Assembly: GCA_012295275.1 (NCBI GenBank)
Contig: CM022671.1
Span: 2,356,001-2,420,000, forward strand
DNA length: 64,000 nucleotides
Direction of reading: 5' to 3'
Source: Chrysomallon squamiferum
Taxonomy: Eukaryota > Animalia > Mollusca
In this document: piece by piece, positions 54,101-64,000 of the stretch
Layout of the letters: the number at the start of each line of letters is the position of its first letter
How positions within the stretch are numbered: the stretch's first letter is position 1
Position numbers and translations under genes: made by a program
Notes under the pieces: generated by a model
What the model saw: only the letters and a program-made list of their open reading frames with translations
Told to the model about the DNA's origin: nothing
Database searches by the model: none

Positions 54101-55803
54101 CTCAATATACAACTTGTAGGCCAGAGGGATAAAGGTTCATCTAAGGAATCTTCTTTAACCTAATTCAGAAGTAAATGTATCTTAAAAATTTAAATGATTT
54201 TTTAATTACTATTTATTTTTCTGTTTCAGAATGTTTTTGTTGATGCTTGTGTTCTCGATAATGAATCAGGATTGCTTCAGCAGGTCTGTTACAATTTTCC
54301 ATTTATTTGTAAAAATATATTTTTAATAACCTTTCCTTCCTCAGTTCCTGATATAAAAAATAATAGTAATAAATAAATTGTTTTCATAATTATTTATAAA
54401 ACATTAAACTAACAACAGTCATCAGTTTAAGTTTCAGAATTACACCTAGTAAATTGTTATCTATTTGATAGTGTATATGATAAATATGTAAAAAAGAAAA
54501 ATAGTAATAATCATTTTATGAATACAGAACTGAAATCATGTTTTGTTTTATTAGCTGATTTATTTTACAAGGCTTGTGACATAAGAGGAGGTACATATTT
54601 AGAGATTCCACAAATGGCAGGACTTCTTCAGTACCTCTTTGTAAGTTCTGTAGGATGTGATAGCTTTTCTTTGTAACTAGCTTTGTGTTGTTGCTGTTGC
54701 TCTTAATAACTAAATATTAATAATATTTTACTGTCTTCAGTATTGAATGTCTTGAATATGCAAAAACTCATGTTTGACATCAAATATTATTAATTATTAA
54801 TAGTTAAAAGTTTAGGTGTTGTTACTCTTGCTTATTTTTCAGTGGATTTTCCTGCCTGATCCCAATATCCGTTCCAAACTGACTTTGCCTCCAAAAGCTC
54901 AGGTGGATTACCGAGCAGCTTGTTTCTGTCATCGAAATCTTATAGACATTGGTTATGTGTGTTCTGTATGTTTATCTAGTAGGTTCTTTTTTTTATGCAT
55001 TTAATAGGAAATACTTTTTAGTTTTTTACTTATTTATTATCTTTGGTGTAAGAAAAACAAAATTAATTTTAATTTACAGAAATAAGTTATTACCACTTGT
55101 ATATAATTCTGATTGTTTGGAATGTATTGAGAACAAAACATATACTTAACTAACTGGTTCCCAGTCAAGATTTGTTCTTGGAAATTACACATTTTAAATG
55201 ATATTCAATAAGCTATAATTGGGTATAAACTGCCTGTAAAAAAATTAAAAGTATAATTTTCTGAATAGGTACTATTACTAGTAGTATCATTGTTTTAATA
55301 ATTAAATTATTATTATTGTTGTGAAACCCACAGTATACTAATTTATTATCTACATTTGTAATGGAGGTAGCTAACTTCAGACTGTGTTATAGAGACTTGT
55401 CTTGTCATTATTGAATGGTAATATGAATTTCTTACCAGTCTATTTATCTTTATTTTGAAAGTCTCTAATTTACACGATTTGATGTTGGAAAGATTTAAAT
55501 AACCTAAAATAGGTCAGAATGTTTTTAGAAACATGAAGGAAGTTCAGTAGATTCTGTTACTTTAAAGTTATTGTTTCAGCTGTGTACAGTTGCCATTTGG
55601 TTATTTCATGTTTAATGCTTATATGATTGATTATTATTTTTATTCATATTTGTAATGATAATAAAAAGTATAGATGTAAGCTGCATAAATTAATTAATTT
55701 AAATTCTAAGTTTATTATTTGTCTTGTTTACTTCAGGACTGCTTTCAAACTGTTGGGTCCACAAAAGCTTGGAAAGAAGAAATCAAAGAAAACAGCAATA
55801 TGA
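51104..55803 (+). pseudogene. GTF2H3: TFIIH p34 subunit, unprocessed pseudogene
   Basis: Exons 51104-51110, 51507-51592 (LLVIVLDTNPVWWG), ~51910-52016 (NKLAVI*AH, TGA 51997-51999, acceptor ctg, donor at), ~52621-52720 (DGKYELF), 53845-53919 (acceptor ttg), 54230-54283, 54572-54640, 54843-54978 ([25 protein letters not shown]), 55737-55803. The 'LAGSL..ALCY' and 'FC.FSPIC.TC' exons were not found. Confidence 0.9.
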
Positions 55804-56740
55804 AGATATTAAAAATAAATGTCATCACAAAAAATAACATCAATTTGCTAATTTTGATATTGTGTGTATATGTATGAAAAGCTGGATATTTTGAAAAATG
55901 TGACACATATTTATAAATATTATTAACAAAATATGACAATTGTAAAATATGTGTATAACCATTTAGTTATTTAATAAATCATGACATTGGATAAACCAGT
56001 TTCATCAGAAAACAGCCTAATGTGTTTATATTATTATTATTTGTCATCATGTTAATGTTTCCAAAATGTTAATAAGTGTGCTAAATAAATTTGTTGGCCG
56101 TTTTACCTGTAGACTAATGTGTTAAGTAAAAACAATAAAATAAAAAAAAAGAATTACATAATAATAATATTTATATGAACTCTGTGAATTACAACAGCCA
56201 ACATTTGATTAAATACATTTGACAAATACCTGCAAGTTCTTCAAGACTGACTGATCAAAGTGTGGGCTACATACCTCCCTGTCTATGTCTAGATTCATAT
56301 CAGAGATAACAGGCTGCTAATAAAACATTTAAAATTTAAAAGTGCGTCTTTCTTCTGCCATCCTTAATTTCTTTTAAAGGGAGATAAGTGCGGTGATACA
56401 TTTAAAATTACCGTATACTTACACGTTTGACACGCATCCTCAGTGAACTCTTTCAATATTTTATGTATTAAAAATAACACTTTTACATATCACTTCTGCT
56501 AGCTTGATTTTACGAACATGTAGTTTATTACATTGTTGTTTCATTTCAAATGAAAATGCTGGCTACTTCATTTTGTGTAAAATATATTAAAACTACATTA
56601 TAAAAAAAAAAAAAAAAAAAACAACAACAATATAACAGTCATTCATATTATGTATTACACTGGTTGTTCGTCATTTTAAGGTATGAAAAACACCTATATA
56701 AATAAGCAGATAAAAGAAACAAACAGTTTTCAGAGAAATA

Positions 56741-56822
<82 letters not shown>

Positions 56823-59800
56823 GAGGCCAGAAGACTATAACATTATATATTGAGAAAAAATAAACAAAATAAATTAAAACACTGATAGTATCAAAACTTG
56901 TCCATGACAAAACTTTGAAAGGTGATAAAAAAGGAACTGTGAAAAAAGACAAAGTGTTCTATAATGTAATATGCTTTGTTTATAACTGTTTGTATGTGAG
57001 TGTATTTGAAGATAAACTGTGATATCAATACAAAACAAGATATCTTCCTTTTTTCTGTTTATCTTGGGTTTTCTATCCTTACTTCCATTCTTCTCCTCCT
57101 TTCTTTCTGTATTTCGTTTTTTTTTTTCTTCTCTTTTTTTCGTTTGTAGTTTTTGACATTTTGAGATAAAAACATAACTGAAACATAGAAGTACAGACAG
57201 ACAACGTTTTTCTTCTTCATTCATCTTTCTTTCTTTTCCTTTCCCTTTTTTCTTCTTTATTCCTTACCTTTTCCAATTTTCTTTTCTTTTATTCATTCGT
57301 CTGTATTAATTTATTTCTATATTTCCCTCTGTCTTTCTTTCCTTTTTCTTTTTTATACCTTCATTTAAAAGTTTTCTTTTTTATTAATTTATTTTATTTA
57401 TTTATTTATTTAATCATTAATTATTTTAATGCGTTCTCCAAATATATAATTGAAAGTTTAACATTTTTAATTAACATATACAATTTTTCTTGCATATAAT
57501 TTATCGCACTTTGTTAAATAATGTTAACATACATATATACATACATATATACATATACTGTTTTCCAGCGTCTTTGTTTTTAGCTTTTATATCTGTTAAT
57601 TCACTAAAGGAAGATTGTATTTTTTTTCTACTATGAGTTATATGATATGTGTTATTTATGACAGCTGTAGAAGATATAAAAGAATAAATACACCCAATGA
57701 ACAAGATAATTTTAACTGTTACAAACCTAATAATGTGTTGTTATTAAACGTCTCTTTCTTATTTATTTATTTTTTAAACTTAATTCCCATCATTTTTCTG
57801 TTTTCCTTTCTTTAATTCATTCCTTATCATTTACTTACATAATATACTTATAGTTCTGTAACCTTTCTGAATGCAAAAGCAACTCATTTATTTATGTATT
57901 TATTAATTCTCATCATCATCACCATCATCATCAGAATTATTATATTTATTATTATCGTTATTATTATCATCATTATTGTTATTTTTATTATCCATACTAG
58001 TGCACACATTATTCATGTAAATTTGTAGCATAAACCAGATATATTCAATTTTTTCAATTTTTTAAACTCGCTTTAAGCTAAAGCATCCATACGTTAATTT
58101 TCTTTCTGAATCTTCAAAAACTATTTACGAAGCTTTGATCAAAATGGTTAAGAATGTTCTTCAGAAATTTTTTGTAAGAGCCTGTGTTCGAATGTTTTGT
58201 CATTTTTCTTTTGACGGTAACAAAAGGTATAACTAAAGCTGCTGTTAGACACGATAGAAGTGCCCTCTGCATATTCAGACTTTTATTTTTTTTATTTTTT
58301 TTTTTTTTTTTTTTGTGTATGTTATGAATGTTATCAGGCTAATAGTCAGATTTGTTTATTGAAGAAACATTTCTGTACACTGCAGTGGTCGTAATTCCAC
58401 GAGAACAAAGATTTCTAACTGAAGAAATACATTTTTCTTAAGATACCGAATACAGATAAAACATTTCAGGAGAATGCGAACGTTGATTATGTATGGTAAG
58501 GTGACGTAGTAACTGTCAGATCACGCGAGTTTTCACGACTAATTAAATAATTACAAAAGGAAGTTATTCTGTGTTTTACGATTTCAAACAAGATTATCAA
58601 ACTAGTTCCCTTAGTCGTGTTAAAACTGTCGTCTACATTTTTTTTTTTTTTTTCAAATTCAAATCTATATTATTAAATTTTATTTATTTATTTATTTATT
58701 TATTTAGTAGTAGTAATAGTTGTTGCTATTGCTGTTGTTGGGGTTGTTGTTGCTGTACTATGTTATTGTGATATTTTATTGAAAAAGCCATCCATCTCGA
58801 TGCATTAAATAGAAGTTTAATACATTTAGCAGCAGACGACCAGATAGAGTTTTCATAAATCTTTTAAAACAATTCATTTCATTAATGTTGTGTTTAAATG
58901 ATTTTTTTAAAATCTTTGTTGAACCATTATCTTTAGAAACATGATTAACAAGGAAGACTGAAGTTTCAATTAAGTTTAACATTACATAAATTCAGTTCTT
59001 CGTCATCATAAATAGAGAAAAATGTCTTAAATTGCCGTGTGGAAATTTCTTTCAGTTATTTAATTACTTACTTATTACTAACTAAATAATTTATATTTTA
59101 AGTTATATACAATGTTGTTTTCGACATTAGGAATAAACATTTTGTAAAAAGTTATGAAAACAACTATATATAAATGTATGTATGTATGTATGTATGTATG
59201 TATGTGTTATCAGTAATCCGTTTTGCAATTATATATGTTAATTCCATTGATGAAAAACACGTTCTGAAAACTACATATTTTAAAAAAAAATAACAACAAA
59301 ATGACAATGAGAAAGATTATGAGAGTTATTAGCAACTTTATAAAGTACAACTGAACATTCGACAACTGATATTTCTATGCAGATTAAAGTATCTTGCTCA
59401 CGTTTGACATATAAATCATGTAAAGTTACGTTTCCAAATCTGATAATATTTTCCGTTATCAGCACCATGTTTATGATTTTTCAAACGTAAGTGATCTTGT
59501 TTACGTAGAAGTAATAGTTGTAGCTGTTGTTATAGTTTTCATGGATTTATCTAATTACATCAGTAAGTAGTATCATCATAAGTAGCATTAGCACTAATAT
59601 CTAATATCTGTTCAGACAAAGTCGCTGATTCCCTTGTAATATATTGATCCTTGTTCGTAAACGTTTTTTTTTTTACCTATAAATAAAAAATAGTTTGTGT
59701 CAACCTTTCAGCAGACGCGTATTTAAGGTAAGGAAAGTATAGAAGTGTCCTGGATGACACTTGAATGGGTGTGTCACAGAGCAATTTGTATTAATTTTAA

Positions 59801-60760
59801 CTGGTATTTTTTATCTGACTTCATGGTAAAGTTATCTGAAAGAAGGTGTCTAATTTTTAGACAGGAGCGCATTTTCAATGATTGCCATAGGACCTATATT
59901 CCGTAGATATACTAATGCCATTTAGCAGTGCAGAAATGTACCATAAATTTGAATATATGATTATCCCGCACTTTGAAAAATATCACTCAGTAATATCTGT
60001 ATTACTTTGAACAGTGTTGCTCAAAAGAATATCCCTGTGGGTAAAAAAAAAAAAAAAAAAAAAATAAATAAATAAGCAAAACGAAAAAAAAACAACCAAA
60101 AAACACCTTTCTCTATCAACATTTCAGTGAACAAAATTACACTCCGGAACTGTAAAAAAAAAAAAATAAAAAATAAGATTGTGTATCAACAGTTGAATTC
60201 AGTAGGAATGTTCACTCCTTGGAGAAAATTAAATTATATAGAAAATTTTCTGTGAGATGTATATACTGCGTCACACCGAAATTCTGAAATGTTACCACTT
60301 TAATGACTAGAGCTCAGAATTCATATAACTGTCACCTTCATATGTTTGAATTTGAATTAAATTAATAATTAAATAAAAATAAATAAATTAGAAAATATAT
60401 AAAGAAATAAAAAAAAATTAATGAATAAACGAATAAATGAACAAAAGTAAACAAACAAACTAACAAATAATGAAATAACAACTAACGTCAGAAAAATTAC
60501 ATTTTTTTATTAATAACTTGAACAGTTTTTGTAAACATTGATATAAATAACAACTGCAATCAAACAAAACATTTCGAACATACTGAATATTAAATAGTTA
60601 GTATAACTTCGAAATTAGAAACAAACTATGTTATTTCATTAAAATATGGAGTCACACCATCGGAAATTTGATATGATTGAAAAGAAAGTGAATCCAAACT
60701 TGTTGATAATAACTATATATACATTGTTAAAAGCAGCTATTTTATTTGACAACTTTTCGA

Positions 60761-60800
<40 letters not shown>

Positions 60801-60855
60801 TTGTTGTTTTTTTTTTTTTTTTTTTTTTTTCTCTTTCTTGTTTCTTTCTCGCTTA

Positions 60856-61363
60856 TTATGAAACTTCTGGAATAAAAACATTTTCTACTATAAGATGCAA
60901 ATATATCTGGTTGTTGTTGTTGAAACATAACGCACTTTGTTGAGAGTTATTTGATGAAATGTCTGAGAAACTCTCTAACTGAGATTCATTAATTTAATAT
61001 AATAGTTGATGTGTTGTCAGACAAAGGAACTGATTCAGGTGCTGAATTCGGTTCTTTATGTTCAGCGTTCTTCCATTTCCTGTAAAAAAAAAAAAAATAA
61101 ATATTCATTTATCAGTCAATATTATATAGATTCTGTTGAAATCACACATAAGGAACTTTTAAGATAGGAAACATGAAGGAAATGGAAATGACACACAAAT
61201 ACACACATACAGTAACGAAACACGTTTATGTAGAGAGATAAATAGAGAGACTGAGAGACGTGTGTATAATATACCAATCCATACAGCTACATGGATTATT
61301 TTCTCATCATACATGTCATCATTATATTTATATATATATATACACATACATACACACACATAC

Positions 61364-61442
<79 letters not shown>

Positions 61443-63766
61443 TATATATATATATATTGTCTTCGTTTCTTACAGCCTCAATAAACATATCAATTAAATC
61501 AAATATGTAGTCAGGCAGATACTCATGCACACGCACATCCGTACAGGATGAGGAATAATCATTGATTCATTAAAAAATAGCCTGAAGATACTTTATTAAT
61601 TCCATTGTTTCCTTTCTGCATAGACTAAATCAGATAGACCTAACGCTAGCGTACTAAATAAATAAAATAAAATAAAATAAACATAATAATTGTTTATAGA
61701 TCATTATTAAGAAAAGCATAATGCATATGAAGAAATCCTTCATACAAACAAACACACATACAGAGGTCTAAATATATATCCATAAAATACTATAGAAATG
61801 TCTGCGTTTAAATCTCAATTAAATTAACAAACATTCGCGCGCACATATTATATTTATTATACAGCTGCTTTATAATTTATAACAACTTACTTGTGTATAA
61901 CATAAGCAGCTAAGAAAACAATGAAAATCAGAACCGGTGTAATGAATGCAAAAATTAATTCCAATTTTGTCGCATAACCTACAAAAAAAAAAAAAATAAT
62001 AATAAAATATACATTAGTATCATTTACCAAAACGTATAAAATTAAATATGGATAAAACATTTCTTATTAGAAATACATATAATAAAATCTACAAATGAAA
62101 ATGTACGTAAATATCAACAAAAGTGTAAAAAACAGTTTAAATATTGAGTGTCACTAAAACGTTTCAGATATTGTATTCTTTTTTGTTTGTTTCACTGAAT
62201 ATTTTATTTGTATATCATTAACTGTATTTGTAACTTCACATATGATGCCATCATCTATTTTACCTCCTTCAAGTTTAGGAGAATTCTGCAGACGAGCCGG
62301 TCTGCCGGTCCAGCCAGGATAGCAGCCTTCCATCATTTTCACAAAGACACGTTCCATCATTTTTCACAAAGTTGTTTAATAAACAGTTCTTTTACAGGAA
62401 CATTTGTTACTATCGTGTCACCTGAATCGTCCATCAATGCATCCTTCCGAACATTTTGTTCCCAATTTTGTTACAAGTTCCATTTCGACATCCTAAACTG
62501 CATTTCTTTTCACATCGGTCTCCAAACCATCCTTTTAACACAACCATGTAAACACTGCCCTGAATCTCGACTGCAGGAAGATTTGTTAATGTTATTGTAA
62601 TTTAAAATACAATTCTCTGAACAGCGATCTGAACAGTTGTCACCAAAATACCCTTCTCTGCACTCGTGACAAATTCCTGATTGTTTCAGGCAGCAACCAT
62701 ATTTGTTGCAATTGTTGCACTCGAGTTGACACTTGGGTCCGAACCAACCAGGACGACAGGAATCTAAGAATAGTGACCATGTCAGTGTTTTCAGTGATAA
62801 CCATATTTTAATATTGGACATTCGCTTTCTCTCTATCTATCTATCACTGTCTGTCTTTCTCCATATCTGTCTATCTCTCTTTGTCTCTACTCCAGTGTGT
62901 GTGTTTGTGTTTATAAAGTGTTTGTGCGTGTGTGTCGTCAAAGCCTCATTGCAACGGGGCTTTCATATCTTCAAAGGATAAAACTTATATCTTAAGAGAG
63001 TAACCAAAATATCTGTGTGTGTGTGTGTGTGTGTGTCTGTGTGTAATATATTTTCTTTCTTTCTCATTTACTATTCATCTCTTTTTCAAATATTAATTTT
63101 TAATAATTATATGATCACTAACATTAACTTTTAAAATTTAATAAATTTGTGGTCTACCTTCGGCAATTTTGTTTTTCCTGCCACAGTCGGTTCCAAAGTA
63201 TCCATGGCGACATTCGCATGAACCATCTCTCTGACAATCTCCTCCAAGACATCCTTCATTACACCTCAGAGAACAGTCTACGCCATACATTTTGTCTTTA
63301 CATTTTAAACAGTTGTTTTGCTTGTCACATTCTGAACAGTTTTCATTACAATTTGTACGTATGCATTGATCTCCAGTGTACCCAGTTTTACAACCATGTA
63401 TACACAATGTCCCATCGTAAGAACATTCTGAATGCAGACAACCCTCGCTACATTTTTCACGGCAGTGATTTCCCCACCAACCTTTCTTGCAGCCATCTAG
63501 ACATTCTTGTGAAAGTCGATCACACACAGGTTTCCTGCCAAAAGGCGATCCACAATTGTCTGGACATAGTTCTTTACAATTCTTGCCGGTGAAACCAGGA
63601 GAGCATTTGTAGCAAGAACCTGTGACTTTATTGCATCCATCGACATCGCAGTTTAAACATTTAAGAGTACAGTTTTCACCATACCATCCAGGTAAACAAG
63701 ATGTACATCTGCCATTGCACTGTATGCAGTTGTATGCCCAGTCATGTGGTTCGGTGAAATTTCTCT
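60856..63766 (-). pseudogene. R5: recent duplicate of R4, disrupted (5' end beyond window)
   Basis: Exon 63766-63158 is open and ~97% identical to R4. Exon 62763-62264 has several small indels. TM exon 61978-61891 is open; the micro-exon has TGA 61630-61632; an 11-nt deletion in the tail exon removes HYDQI and gives TAA at 60989-60991. Confidence 0.75.
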
Positions 63767-63767
63767 C

Positions 63768-63802
<35 letters not shown>

Positions 63803-64000
63803 ATCAAAGAGATAACTTGTATAAAGATTTTCTAACAATGACCTGTTGGTCCACAGAGGAAATAGCTCAGTGGAAGGTCATATGTCATAGGTCGACCCTC
63901 TCAATGCGCTCACTCAGCTATTTGCCATAGGTTCCCTCCCCTTGTGACAAACCGTGGTGTATCTTCTTTCACATCGATCATAATAAATGAGTAGACAACA

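Overview
AT-rich, microsatellite-dense, intron-containing animal DNA. The gene content and repeat style suggest a lophotrochozoan, probably a mollusc such as a cephalopod (inference). Most ORF-track entries are microsatellite artefacts; the real genes are spliced and were reconstructed by hand from GT/AG sites and reading phase. The window holds a birth-and-death cluster of cysteine-rich multi-EGF (MEGF10/CED-1/SCARF-like) surface receptors. Apparently intact genes: R1 5237-7760(-), R2 15091-25096(-), R3 32406-33871(+), R4 39803-43639(-). R5 60856-63766(-, runs off the window) is damaged, and there are about five pseudogene fragments. The genes mix and match phase-1 modules: two kinds of N-terminus and three kinds of membrane anchor/tail. 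The most striking feature is that the apparently junk repeat at 14.6-20.4 kb is a tandem array of 30-nt, frame-preserving micro-exons encoding the cytoplasmic tail of R2; the TM exon and this array are bracketed by a ~300-bp inverted repeat. Between R4 and R5 lies a head-to-head EIF2B1/GTF2H3 pair (the same arrangement as in human), but both genes look like unprocessed pseudogenes. All gene models are unverified by transcripts.
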